A DNA stretch of 63,445 nucleotides, filler included, from Diploschistes diacapsis (lineage: Eukaryota), in assembly GCA_023645945.1 (NCBI GenBank). It is 23 parts of 23 records of this genome, joined end to end, with 100 filler letters (N's around TTAATTAATTAA, not from the genome) between each part and the next. Parts side by side here need not be neighbours in the genome. Positions count along the whole stretch, not along the records: positions 12,859 to 36,078 come from JALAIB010000268.1; positions 36,179 to 37,910 come from JALAIB010002680.1; 21 more parts are not named here. One strand, given 5' to 3'. A model generated the notes under the pieces. It was not told the origin of the DNA, did not search any database, and saw nothing but the letters and a program-made list of their open reading frames with translations. Made by a program: the position numbers and the translations under genes. Shown here piece after piece: positions 22,811-36,737 of the stretch. Positions within the stretch are counted from its first letter, which is position 1. The number at the start of each line of letters is the position of its first letter.

Positions 22811-25800
22811 ATGCTAACATTTCGTCGTTTAGCCGGAGGCCTAGTTGTTACCCATTCATCGGAGGAGACAACGCTTCCATTCGCCAACAAACGCCCTTCT
22901 CCATCTGATGATGAGCAAAGCCCAACCTCGATAATGTCGGGTAGCGAAAGCGATCTGTCCGAAGTGCCCGAACAGCATCCTCCTGCCGCTCCGAACCCCC
23001 CCTCACTGTCTCCAACACCCCACAAAAACGGCTTTCATGCTGAAGAGTCGGAACTGTCGGATGCGGATGACGGATTGGATGGATCAGATGATGCAGACTT
23101 CGAGGTCGACTCTCCACCGCCAGAACCAAGCCTTCCACATGACGTGCGATCCTCATCGGAAGAGTCTCAAAGGCCTCTGAAGCGGAAGGCTCTCGGTATC
23201 GCAGATGATGAAGATATCATGAATAACCCAGAGTTATATGGCATCCGTCGCAGTGTAAGGCGCTCAACAAACCGTTATCTCTCTACTGTACATGCTAAGT
23301 TCTGGCCAGCGACGTGCTCGCCATACGGCCACGATGGTATGCTAGTATCCGGTCCTAGAAGTATCTTGACCTAACAATACCATAGTTGGAAAGTGATTCG
23401 CAGCAAGACGATTCAGACTCCGACATACAGCCGATGTCTCGAAAGCGGAGGAAACAGGCTTCACATCAAGGTTCGTAGCATGTTGCCGCCCTCGGTTGCT
23501 TCCCCTCGAAGTTTGATTTAACTAAGCTATCCTGATAGGTTCCAAACAACCGAGCCTCTCACCAGCCGTGGTGGGTTCTGACTCAGATTCCGACGTTTAC
23601 GGACCTTCGCGTCGAAGGTCTTCCAAAAAGCATCGTGGTCATCAGCAGCAGAATGGCAGTGACTCAGGACCCGCACATGGTGAACTTCGGTTCTCGACCC
23701 GCAAAGCTGCGAAAGTTTCCAACTACAACGAGGAAGACGAGGAAGACTTCGAGCTAGAGGATGCCGCTTGTGACCAAGGTTATTATGCAACGATAGATGA
23801 GAATGTACCCGCGATAGATGCGATTCTAAACCACAGGTGGCGTGATGATATTAGTCAGTATCCTCACGAGCCTATCCGCTACAACGCTAACGTCCTCCTA
23901 GCCAAAGACTTCTTCAATCCTGGTCGAGATGATTTCGAATACTTTGTTCGTCGTCCTTGATATTTATTGTCCATTGTCTAGAAAAGCCTTTCTGACTGCG
24001 AATATAGGTTAAATGGCAGAACAAAGCTCATTACCATGCGACATGGGAACGCAACGGAACGTTGGCTACCTGTCGAGGAATCCGGAGGCTCGAGAATTAC
24101 TTTAAGAAGCTTGTCCTCACGGATATTCATATTAAGAATGACGAGGATACCGCTCCGGAAGACAAAGAGAAATGGATACTTGATAGAGAGCGGGATATCG
24201 AGACCTTGAATGATTACCGTCAGGTTGAGCGTGTCATTGGTCTGCAAGAGTACGACGAGGGTGAACCCCAATATTTCGTCAAGTGGAAGGCGCTCGCATA
24301 CGATGCATGCACTTGGGAAGATGCCGGCCTCGTCAGTAAGATTGCGCAGCCGCAGATTGATAGCTTTCTCGACCGTACTGCAAAGCTTCCGACCTCTGAC
24401 CGAGTACAATCAAATCTCAAAACCCGCAGTCCCTTCATACCGATGCGAGAACAGCCCTCTTACATCAAGCACGGAAAGCTTAGAGAGTTCCAAATCAAGG
24501 GTCTGAACTTCCTCGCGTACAATTGGTCAAAGGGCAATAATGTCATACTGGCTGATGAGATGGGTCTCGGAAAAACCGTTCAAACCATCGCTTTCATGAA
24601 CTGGCTCCGACATGAGAGGGGTCAGCAAGGCCCTTTCCTAGTTGTTGTGCCGTTGTCAACTGTGCCTGCTTGGGCGGAAACTTTCGATAACTGGACGCCT
24701 GACATCAACTACGTTGTCTACACAGGGAACGATACTGCTCGCAACATCATAAAGCACTATGAACTCCTGGTGGACGGAAACCTTTCTCGGACCAAATTCC
24801 ATGTTTTACTGACGACTTACGAATATATCCTGGCAGATTCCACCTTCCTTTCTCAGATCAAGTGGCAGTTTACGGCGGTCGATGAAGCTCATCGGCTCAA
24901 AAACCGCGAATCACATCTTTACATCAAACTCAATAATTTTCATGCTCCTAGTCGGCTGCTGATTACTGGCACGCCAATGCAGAACACCCTTAGTGAATTG
25001 TCAGCATTAATGGACTTTCTGATGCCTGGTCTGATTAAGATTGACGAAAAGATGGATCTGCAGTCTGAAGAAGCGGGAAGGAAGTTGGAAGAACTGACAC
25101 AAGCCATCCAACCTTACATGCTACGGCGTACAAAGAACAAGGTAGAGAACGATATACCGCCAAAAACCGAAAAGATTATTCGAGTCGAGCTTTCGGATAA
25201 GCAACTCGAAACATACAAGAACATTCTGACTCGAAATTATGCAGCGCTCAATGCAGGCGCCGGCGGGCAGAAACAATCGTTACTCAATATCATGATGGAG
25301 CTGAAAAAGGCCAGCAATCATCCTTTCATGTTTCCAAATATTGAGCAACAGATTCTCAACGGCAATGAGCGACGGGACGAAATTCTGAAGGCACTCATCA
25401 CCAGCAGCGGCAAGATGATGTTACTTGACCAATTGCTTGTCAAACTTCGCAAGGACAGTCACAGAGTCTTGATCTTCAGTCAGATGGTGAAGATGTTGGA
25501 CATCCTGAGTGACTATCTGCAACTACGTGGATACCAATTTCAGAGACTTGATGGAACAATTGCTGCTGGGCCTCGACGCGTGGCGATTGACCATTTCAAT
25601 GCCCCGAATAGTGAGGACTTTTGCTTCCTACTGTCTACTAGAGCTGGTGGCTTGGGCATCAATCTCATGACCGCCGACACGGTTATTCTGTTTGACTCTG
25701 ACTGGAATCCTCAAGCAGATTTGCAGGCTATGGCTAGGGCACACAGGATCGGTCAAACAAAACCAGTAAGCATCTACCGCCTAGTTTCGAAGGAAACTGT

Positions 25801-27744
25801 CGAGGAAGAAGTGCTGGAACGAGCACGTAACAAGTTGATGCTTGAGTTCATCACCATTCAACGAGGCGTGACCGATAAAGAAGCCAGAGAAATCTCCGAC
25901 AAGATGGCTAAAGCCGGCAAGGGCGTATCCGAGCCTACCTCCTCCGAGGATATATCAAGGATTCTCAAGCGAAGAGGCCAAAAGATGTTTGAACAGTCTG
26001 GAAATCAAAAGAAGCTAGAAGAGTTAGATATCGACGCCGTCCTTGAAAATGCCGAAGAGCATCAGACCGATCAGCCCGAGGGAATGACAGCAGATGGTGG
26101 CGAGGAATTCTTGAAGAGCTTCGAGTACATGGACGTTAAAGTCGATTTGGAATGGGATCAAATCATCCCGAGGGAGCAGCTTGACAGAATCAAGGCAGAA
26201 GAAAAACGCAGGGCAGATGAAGACTTCCTCGCCAACATGATCGAACAGAACGCTCCAAGGAAGCGGAAGGGTGGCGATCTCGACGAACGAGAACAACGAG
26301 CGGCTAAGAAGCGGGCTAGAGATCTTGCTGTACAAGAAGCGGCCGAAGAGTCTGACCAACCTACCGGAGGTGATCCAAACCGTCCCTTGAGCGAACGAGA
26401 GACCAGAAACTTGATTCGAGGTTTTCTACGCTATGGTTCCCTCGATGATCGTGGCGATGAGGTTGTGCAAGAGGGGCGACTGGAAAAGCGTGACAGAGCT
26501 TTGGTCAAGCGCACCATGGATGATATTTCATCGATTGCGGAAAGGCTTGTGAAGGATGAGCAGGAGCGCGTGGAGGCTATAGAACGCACTCAGCAGAAGA
26601 TGATCACGAAAAAGGATCGGAAAGCTGTCCTCTTCGATTACAACAACGTGAAGCGACTCAACGCTGAGACCATCGTCGAAAGACCTCAAGAGATGAGAAT
26701 GCTTAAAGAGGTGGTCGCCCAAGCTGGGGATTTCACAAGCTTCCGTGTCAACGGAGCTCATAAGCCTGCAAGTTACACGTGTGAATGGGGAGCTCGCGAA
26801 GATGGTATGCTTTGCGTTGGCGTCGTCCGGCACGGGTACGGCGCCTGGACTCAGATCCGCGACGATACTGAGCTTGGACTGTCGGAAAAGTTCTATCTGG
26901 AGGAGCACCGCGTCGAGAAGAAAGAGGAGCGTCGAAATGCAAACGAGATCACGGCAAAGTCTCCCGGCGCCGTACACCTTGTGCGAAGGGCTGATTATCT
27001 TTTATCCGTCCTGAAGGAGAAGGTTAGTGGTGGCACGAACCTTGCCGCCAAGAGGGCAGTTGAGAATCACCATCGTAACAACAAGAGATCGCAAACCAGG
27101 GGCGCCGACTCTAGGTTAAGCGTGTCTGCGTCGCCAGCACCATCGAGTACGCGAAAAGGGCACGGTCACCCGGATAAGCATAGGCATCGGAACAGCAGCG
27201 AGCGTCATCTTCCAAATGGTGATAATCACCCAAGGTCGAGTAATGACCACCACCATCACCGAAACAGTTCCAGTTCAATTCACCGAAAACGTAGCAATGA
27301 AGTAGCTACGACCGAAAACCACAAAGACAAGAACACGGCGCTCATTCGCATTGCGTTGAATCCTGTCATGAACAGCCTAGAGAAGGTTCACAATGCGACG
27401 AAAGAGAAATTGCCCGATAAGAAGGCTCGGGCAAGCGTGCTCAGGGAGGAGCTCTACAAGATTGGCAATTTCATCCAGGATGTGTGCAAGCAGGAAGCTA
27501 AGCAAGGTGCTGCGGATCTGGAGGATAATTTCTGGTAAGTTTTGGGAGCCATAAGCTTCCAAGATACGAAACTAACTTTGCTGGCAGGAGATATGTTGGG
27601 ACCTTCTGGCCCAATCCCAACACCGACATCAAGAATATTAAGGATATGTATACGCGCATCGCTGCTACGATGGGCTCTAACGAGGAAGGCGCTGCATCGA
27701 AAGTAAAGGAGGAGAGCAGGCCGAGCAACGGGGTTTTGGTCTAA
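22811..27744 (+). CDS. CHD1: Chromodomain helicase DNA-binding remodeler Chd1/Hrp3 (start codon uncertain; about 6 introns)
   Basis: Double chromodomain (VKWQNKAHYHATWE; YFVKWKALAYDACTWE); SNF2 motifs ILADEMGLGKT, VDEAHRLKN, LLSTRAGGLGINL, DSDWNPQADLQAMARAHRIGQ; SANT/SLIDE region. The last exon after intron 27535-27587 ends ...NGVLV* at 27744. Confidence 0.95.
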
Positions 27745-29454
27745 GCAAGGTGACATGGTGTTCCGCCTATTTTGTTTGGAGGACATGCGTTGCATTTGTA
27801 TAGCGGGTCTGTAGCGGCATTGGATGGTGTTCCGGGACGTCGACTTGAAAGGGTCGAGCCATGATATGGAAATGCATGAAAATGGGATCCCAGGCATCAG
27901 GATTTACTATGACGGCATGTAGCTACTTTATGGCCGTTGTTGGGTTGTTTGAAAACAAAAAGGGTGTACTCTGCTTCATACCCAAGCTGTTGCGCTTTGA
28001 TCAGCGACCGCTTCATAGATATATCAATGTGATTGGTGCGAATGGAAATTTATGTCGACGTCGTTGCTGATGGTTAGTACATAACAAGTGTTGAATTGCA
28101 GTACTCGTGAAATGCATCGCTGCCCTGTGTACACGTGCAAGCATATCATTCTTCGAGCATGTTCCCGGAGGTCATTTTGCACGTAGCCTCCTCCACTTTT
28201 ACAGACCAGCCTGGTACCAGAATACTACGCAGTACACTATGCACAGCAGTCCCCCCTCCCTAGCCCCTTTCCAAAGCTGTCAGTGACCCTTTGGATCGCC
28301 GGGCGATGCGAGGTGTGGTCCCCAATAGTACCAACCCTCGCAACGGAGGCACGCTCCAGAACAGGGTCGAGAGGAGTGATGAGCCTGACGTGCCAGACCA
28401 ATGCAGACTACGCGGGCTAGCTACAGATGTAATCTTCGAGATCCATCCGGACGACCGCTGATCTAAACAACGCATACTAGGCAGGGGGCCCGGCAGGTTA
28501 AGGAAGGTATGTAAGTCAGAAGAGACTACCACACCGCCATACTATATTAGTATGTCCAAGACGAGAGAGCCTCTGATGGAGATGCCAGTGCGACGTGCAG
28601 CCAGCTAATGAATTGGTTGTTATTTGGTGTGTGAAGCTGTACGTGTGATGCCAGCGCCCAATAATGCGATGCTTTGGATACAGTAGGATTTTATTGTATT
28701 TTCTTTCACTCCTTCCTGGGCTTTTTGAACCCACGCTGTGCTCCGCTTTCTGCTCGTGCTGTCAGTCTCCGCTTGCTCTTTATTTTCCCTTCGTGATGTA
28801 TCTTACTGTATACAGGTAGACGGAACCTTGATGAGACAGTTGAGGTCGGTAGTCTCACACAGCAAAATGCCGGGAGGTTGCAATGCCATGCCCTGAAGAA
28901 GCTTATCATGGGCACTGATTGGGGCACACACAAAGACTTACCCGACAAGCTGTTATTATTGATACTTGTCGCTGTCATTTGCACACAAACACAACAATAA
29001 AAATATAAATTATTATTATTGGGTGTGTGAGGAGACGGGGGCATTCGGCAGCCCAGTGGGAAGGGAAAGAGAGAGACTCCTCGTGACACCTCCTCCTCCC
29101 CATTATTTTTTGCCTCGAGACCCATTACTCGCCTCAGCCCTGAACTCCATCTTGACGCTATTCTTCTTGCAAATAGCCTCGTTCAAGTCGTCGCATTTGC
29201 ATACGGGCCAGACAAGGTCTTGACACGCTCGCTGTGTGCTGGACCTGTCTTGCTCCGTCGCTCTTTCCCCTCGATCTACCTGTGCGATAAGCGCTGTCGC
29301 TTCCTGGGGAGGATCTCTGTTTGCCTTTTACCGTGTCTACACGTACATTATCCCTCGCGCCACCCACTCGCAGTACTTCGCTCCCATCTTTCGCCACCAA
29401 TTGCTTCCATGAACTCATCCTGGCCGCATCGATTCGCTAAGCAAAGTCATTGCG

Positions 29455-32400
29455 ATGGCGGCAGCCGCCACAGAACATCTATTTCCCGCGCACGACGCTA
29501 CCGCAGACCAAAAGAGCCCATACCTGCAGATTGCTTCGGATGACGATGGAACACTTTGCGCTATCACCGAGGATTCATCGTCCGGGTTTGGTGCAAGGCG
29601 GTGTGTAATACCACCACGCTTGTTTGGGCGGTCTGGGTGCGCCTACTTGGCGCCAGTAGATGAACTGGTAAGCTTTCCCCCACCTTCCAAAGCACCTCGA
29701 CTGTCGTGTGCACCTTTCAAACGAGCAGGAAAAACTCGATTCGAGCATGTAAGATCGTAATAATCGTCTTTGGCATGCAAACCTGTGGTCCGCACTCCTG
29801 TGGCTCACGTCATAACGCTATATGTGGAGAAAGCTGTCTCGGCTGACCGTTGCAGCAGCACAAAGTGAACCAAGGCTTTGGCTGCAAACACAGTGCAACG
29901 TTCGAGCTCGCTCTGCAGCCGCCTCCACCACCTTACGCGCCTCCGCCGGCCTACGACGAAGCTATTCTCGATAACCCACCCGACTATACTACAACCGACA
30001 CATTAGCACAAGCCCAAACCTTTCTCCACGAAGCCTGCCCTCAACCCGTCACTTCGCTACGCAGGCGCCGGAAGTCCTCGTCGACCTCTGAGCGATTAAT
30101 GCCAACGTCTGCCTTCATTGACTGGAATGACCAGACATGGAACCAAAACGGAGGAAATAAAGGCGGAGCAAAGAAGAAAAAGAAAGGAGGCGCCGGTGAT
30201 GGGTGGGCTTCAGATAACGAAGGCAAGAAAGAAGATGGAGCTGCCGGCGAGGGTGAGGGAGGTAAAGGAGAAGAAGGCGGAGAGGGGGGAGCTGGTGGGA
30301 ATGGAGGCACAGGGGGAGACGGCGGGGAAGATAACGGAGGCGAAGACTGGGGAGGCTTCAACTTTGGCAAGAAGAATAAGAAAAATAAAAAGAAGAACAA
30401 AGGTGACGTAGATGACGAAGACGAAGAGAAGAAAAGGAAGGAAGAAGAGGAAGCAAAGAACGCCTTCTCCTGGGCTGATGAGTCCAAGCCACCTGCTGAC
30501 GATAATTGGGGTCTTGCAGCAGGGAGTAAAAAGAAAAAGGACAAGAAGAAGAGCAAGGTAGTGCCCCTCGATGCGTTTCGCTTTGAACTCTGCTGAGAGA
30601 ATATAGAACGACGTCGGCCCCCCTACAGCCAATACGGGAGATGGAGGCACATCCAACTTTGATGACATCAATCTTGAAGACGATGGCGCACCAAAGGTCA
30701 ACCTCACCTTCGGTTCCGGCGGTGGGAAAGATCCCGGGTCGAGCCTTGACTTTGGAGGCTGGGGCAATACTTGGGGCAAGGATACTTGGGCCCCCACAGA
30801 TACAGGAACGGCAGGTGCTGGAGATACCAAAGCGTTGAAGGATACGAATCCCAGCTCGACTGATAGCGTTGATCTTGGATGGGGTTTTGGGGACTCGAAA
30901 ACCAAGAAGCAGAGCTCCACTATAGGAGCCAGTTTCAAATTTGGAGACTTTAGTGCTGACCACGGGCAACTTGACAGCGTAACAGCAAACCAGGACGACT
31001 CTAAAGCAGAAGAGGATATTAGCTTGTCCTTTGCGCCAAAGAAGGATAAGAAGAAGAAGGATAGCAAGTTGGTCGAGGAAGCCAAAGATTCAGAGATAAC
31101 GGCCAAAACCGAAACGAGGAATGATGTCGATGACACGTGGGGAGGGGGCTGGGGCCATGCCAAAAAAAGCAAGAAAAAGGGCAAAGGTGCCGAGTCGGAA
31201 GAAACCCCACTGGTCCTCCCGCTTCCCTCAGATCCACCTCCTACCCAGCCTGCAGATGATTGGCTAACCCCTAATACCGCTGGCAAGAAGAAAAAGGGCA
31301 AAAAAGGTGTCGCAGAAGAAGCCAAGGCCGACGAACCTGCTGTGATTGTCGTACCCGAGCAAGAAGCCGAAGCCGATGAATCTTGGGGCGCTTGGGGTAA
31401 AAAAGACAAAGACAAGAAGAAGAAGAAAGGCGAGGAAGACGTTCTAAAAGAAAACCCCAAGAAAGCGGATCCATTTGCCGATTCTGGCAGTGGGGAGGCT
31501 CAGAAGGAGACCAAGGATCTTTGGGGCTCTGGTTCCAAAAAGGAAAAAGAGAGAGATAAGAAGAAGAAAGGAGCTGAAAAAGAAGAAGCTAGGGTGACTG
31601 TACCTGAATTCGAAACCACAACAGATTTTAGCCTCCAGGATGATACAGGTGGTGGTGGTGGTGATGATGACTTCTGGACCAGTTTCGGGACCAAGGACAA
31701 GGATAACGATAAGAAAAAAGGGAAGGGCATGGAAACGGTGGCCGGGGATTTGGATCCCATTGCAAAAGGCCAGGATGACTCTTTGGGCGCTTGGGGTACG
31801 GCCGCCAAAGGCAAGAACAAGAAGAAAGGTGCCAAGGAAGAAAACAAAGACGAACCTAGGAAAGACGTCAAGGAAGAGACTACCGCGATGACTATTGACC
31901 GACTGGACGGTGGGGACGATTCTGGAAGCTGGGGTACGAACAGCAAGAAAAAGAAGGACAAAAAAGCTGCAGTCAAAGAAGAGGAAACGATTAATGAAGA
32001 AGAGCCCATTCCTGTACCGACGCCGTCGGCGCCTGTGGAATCTGCTGGAGACGGCATCTGGGGTCCAGTGACCACCAAAAAGGGTAAAAAGGCGCCGAAA
32101 AAATCAGCATCTTCTGCTTTACCTGACCCAGAGCTTGCAGCAGTTGTGCCTGAACTTGAACAGGAGCGTGAAGCTGAGAAGGAGGCTGATGATGATTGGG
32201 GCAACAGCTGGGGCCTATCGAGCAAAGACAAGAAAAAGAAAGAAAAGGAGAAGAAGAAGGAAGAGGAGGAGAAGAAGAAGAAGGAAGAGGAGGAGAAGAA
32301 GAAGGAAGAGGAGGAAAAGAAGAGGAAGGAAGAGGAGGAAAAGAAAACGAAAGAAGAGGAGGAGAAGAAGAGAAAAGAAGAAGAGGAGGAAGCCAAGCGT

Positions 32401-35400
32401 AAGGATGAGGAGGAAGCGAAGAAGAAAGAAACGGAGGAAGCGAAGAAAAAAGAAGAGGATAAGAAACTCAAGAAAGGAGGAAAGAAAGCAGCCACGTCAA
32501 AGACTAAGGAGGAGGCTGTTCCTACTCCAGTTCCCGAGCCTCCCTCCGATTTGGGAGACGACATGTGGGGAGGAAGTATTTGGGGCTCTGTGAAAAAGAA
32601 AGGAAAGGCCAAGAAAGACGAGTTTGACGTGCCGCCGCCCGTCCCTACGCCGCCTGCCATGGGTCTGACGCCGGAGCCGGAGGAACAGGAGCAAGACGAA
32701 TGGACGTCGATGTTTCCGAAGCAAACCATCAAGGGCAAGAATGATAGCACAAAGACTAAAGACAAGGATAAGGACAAGAGCAAAGGCACCGATCCATTCT
32801 CTGCATTGGACGAGCCCGATGAGTTTACTATCGAAGATAAGGAACCCCCCAAGGAAGAGACAATAGCCAAGACTGTAAAAAGCATGTGGGGTTCCACAAC
32901 CAAGTCTAAATTATCCAAAGATAGGGAAAAAGAAAAGGAGAAGGAGAAAAGCAAAGGCAAGGACAAGAGGGACAGGGAGGAAGAGAAGCCTAAGTCGGAT
33001 GACCTGATTGATATCATTGAAGAGCCCACTCTACCACCGGCTGCGAAGTCAAGCACTGTCAAGGGTAGAACAGGCAGCAAGCTGTCAAAAACTGTCAGCA
33101 AAAGCATTGACAAATCGAATTCGAAGCTAGACGACAAGAAAGCGGACAAAAAGACAAGCGATCTTGATGCGCTCCAGGACCTTGGTGGCAACGAGCCGGA
33201 TACTAACGCCGGTAAGGCCGAGGATGATGACACAACAGCTAGCGACAAGAAGGCCGGCAACGACGCGTGGAACTTCCGGGGAAGCAGCAAGAAGACAGGT
33301 GTCAAGAAGGAGACGGAAGAGATTGGCAAACCAAAATCAGCCAATAAGAAGACGTTGTTTGGCTCAGCCGAGATTACCGAGCCGCTAAGCGCTGAGAAGC
33401 AACTGGAAGATGCTATGGACGACGACGGCTTTGCTGAAGAATCAATGTGGAACGATCCGAAACCGTTGGCTGCAAAATCAAAAATGAAGTCGAGCGTTGG
33501 GAAGTCAAGCATTATTGCGGATAGACTCAAGGCGTTTGAAAAGCCAAAGTTCAAGAAAGCCGGCGAAACGGAGAGGGAGCACGAGTTCGAGGAGCCACCA
33601 CCGCCACCGCCACTGCTTGAGCCACAGTTCGAAGCTCCAGCCACTAAGAAATCCGGAACCTCGAAGCTAAATCGAACCTCGACCGCGACAAAACCTCCGA
33701 CTTCAACTTCTGTGAAAAGAAAAGAAGTCGCGCCTGCACCAAAAGCTGAACAAGGCTCGAAAGACACTGTACCCGGTAGCTTCCCTGACGATTACCTCGA
33801 CGGCGACCTTGCAGATATAGTTGACGCGCCGCCTTCCCCAGAGAAACCCAAAAGTAAAACCACCAAACCCAAGTCCAAAAGGGAACCAGAACCTCCACCA
33901 GAAGACAATATGGATGATCTGTTGATGGACTCACCCGTCGGAACCGCGCCGCCCACTCCACCGCCGGAACCCAAGCCAGCGAAGAAAGAGCGCGCGAAGC
34001 TCGCCAAAGATGACGGCGCGAGTTCCTGGGGCTTTTGGGGTGCCGCGCCTAAGAAGAGCAGCACCCCCAACAAGAAGACCATGTCCAAGGATGACGCCGA
34101 TGTTGTGTCGCCAGCGAAAGAGAAGCCCTCGCTCGGGCGATCCAAGTCGACGCGCACGCCGAAAGAGAAGGAGAAGGAGAAGGAAGAGTCGCGCTCATCT
34201 GGTGGTTCCGACAAGGACAAAGAGCCCAAGCCTCGTTCGCGTATTTCACGCACGAATAGCTTTGCTGGTTTCTTTGGCAGCGCGTCCCCAGCTGCGCGCA
34301 CCAAGTCAGTTCGGCGACCAAGTGCTACTCCCCGGGGTTCTTCTCGTCGACAATCCACTGCAGATGCTACCGGATCAGGCATGCCTTCTCCCCCTCTAGA
34401 GGACGAACCAGGTCTGGACGATACGCCGAAGATGAGCTCCAAAGCGGCCAAGCTCATGGGTGTTGGAATCAAGGATACGCGCAAATCCAAGGGAAAGGCC
34501 AAGAAGTCAGGTACTGCCAAAGCCTCTTCTCTGATCGTGACTGCCCAAGTGCTAATTGGAAACCCACAGTGCCCGATCCATATACCATTGACGACGACGA
34601 CATGGTCATGGTGAATCCAATCGAAGATCCCGTGATCAATGCGCCCGTTCCCGGAAAGGATAAGCGCGAGAAGCTCTCACGAAGCAAATCCAAGCGAGAG
34701 GTAAGAACACCCCAATCTTCAGGCGCACGGCACACTATGAGGAAAAAAGGGAAATGTGCTAATTCATCTCGCCCACAGTCTAAAGTTCTCTCCGATCCCA
34801 ACGACGACATCGTCATGGTCGACGGCCCATCGATTGACGCCCCTGACGTGGGCTTTGGTGACGACGTTGCTTTCGTGGAGAAACCCCGCGACAGTCCCAA
34901 TCCACTCAGACGCTCGAATACAACCAGCAACAAAGAAGGGAAGGGCATAATGGGTCTGTTCGGCCTTCGCAAATCCAAGCAACAATCTGCCGAACCCTCC
35001 AGAGCCCTCTCCGGTGACGAAGCCTTTGGAGGCAGTGGCTCCCGTCGCAAACGCGCCGCCGGCGGTCCAGACGACGATGCAAAACGTCCCCGTCGCACAC
35101 ACCGCTCAGAAAAGACGGAAGACAATGAAGGGGGTTTTACGACGGATGCCGGCCCTGCGGGTGGCACTACGACCGAAGTCGAGGGCGATGCCGAAGCTGC
35201 GCGCCACGAGGCTCGCAGGGCTAGACGCGAGGACAAAGAGCGCTCAAAGGCCAGGGACTCGCGCCGCGCGGAGCTGAGAGAGTTGGAGGAAAAGAAGGCA
35301 CGGAGGCAGCTCAGCGACAAAGCTGCTACCGAAGCGCGCAAGGCTAAGATCCGCGAGACCAGGGAGAAGATGGCACGAGGAGAGTCGATTGATGAGGGTG

Positions 35401-36078
35401 GGAGCGCTTCAAAAGACAAAGAAAGGCTCCGTGGTGGTCCGGATGGGGAAGAAAGGGAAGGCGATGAGACCGTCACAGAAAGGAAGCCCAAACTGAAAAG
35501 AAAGAGCACGAAGGACACAAAAGACCGGCCGACGGAAACGGAAGACGACAGAAGGGCGCGCAAGAGGGCGGAGCGGAAAACTTCTTCTCGGCTCGTCGAC
35601 GGCGCGGCGCTTCCCACGCGGACAAGAGACGACGGTGATAGGCGAAGAGAGAAGAGGGAAAAAGACGGTGGTGATCTCAAACGAAGGGGCGCGGCACCGC
35701 CGGTGACAGATTACTTTGACGCCCGCAACGCGCGGACTGCTGGCACTGGCAGCAGCGATCCTTACTCACCCAAAGGCCGTGGCGAGGACAAAACGTCCTC
35801 GTGGGTCAATTCCCTGTCCATGGACCCCCCCGCGCCGCCGCCTGTCGAGGGGACGGTGCTGGAGCCCGAGCCCGTGCTGGGGAGCGGTAGCAGAGGCCCG
35901 AACGGCGATGGCGAGGGAGACGCAAATGGCATCGTGGACGAAGAAATGCTCAGCGAAGGCGAGGAGAAGCGTCGGCGCCGAAGGGCCGAGAGGCGCAAGT
36001 CGCGGGCCGAGAGGGTGCTGGGGGAAGAGGAGGCGGGGAGGAGGAGGCGGCGGGCTGTTGATGGGGAAGGAGGGAGAG
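29455..36078 (+). CDS. Very large (>2000 aa) low-complexity WG/Lys-repeat protein of unknown function, 3' truncated
   Basis: Long ORFs 29850-30596, 30835-34614 and 34569-end are joined by GT..(CTRAY-like)..AG introns near 29668-29855, 30558-30607, 34511-34569 and 34701-34778. PPPY/PPAY/PPDY motifs, 20 WG dipeptides, a KEEEEKK coiled coil and an SSWVNS motif. Confidence 0.8.
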
Positions 36079-36178
36079 NNNNNNNNNNNNNNNNNNNNNN
36101 NNNNNNNNNNNNNNNNNNNNNNTTAATTAATTAANNNNNNNNNNNNNNNNNNNNNNNNNNNNNNNNNNNNNNNNNNNN

Positions 36179-36737
36179 AAATAATTAGATTGAACTATTA
36201 TCAAACGCCGAATACTATCTTAACAACAAATACAGAAAAGTCAAGAAAATTTAAAATATATAATCATTAAATAACGAAATACTGAATAATACCAGAAGAT
36301 TCAGAATCTTAAAAAAGAATCTTTAGCTAAAAAAGAGGGATAAGATCTATTTATATATAAATAACTTCAGAACACGCAGACCTTTTAAAAAGCTAAATCA
36401 CGTTAAAGTCGGATCCTTCTTTATCGATAAATAACCCGTTATATCGGACGAAACCAAGCGAGTTAATTATCGACTCAAGTTACCAGAAGATACTAAAATA
36501 TATCTAATGTTTTACTTCAAGTACCTCGAATTAGCATATCCAGATATACCGTTGTAAGAAACCTTTTATTTCGAATCAAATAACGAAAACGAGTACGAAG
36601 TCGAAGCAGTAGTACATTATAAGAATAATAAGTATTTAGTTAAATAGAAAGGCTATTTAGAGTCGGAGATAATATAAGAATTTAAAGAAAACCTAAAATA
36701 CTGTAAGGTAAAATTAACGAAATTTTATAATACTAAT
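36179..36737 (+). pseudogene. RIP-inactivated chromovirus (gypsy) integrase C-terminus + chromodomain
   Basis: RP.KKL.HVKVG.F, NYRLKLP, EYEVEAVV...KYLVK(W>*)KGY. Confidence 0.85.

Noticed and set aside
30041..35998. Long antisense ORFs (e.g. 755 aa at 31500-33767)
   Set aside because: Shadow frames of the Lys/Glu-rich sense gene, with Ser/Phe low complexity.
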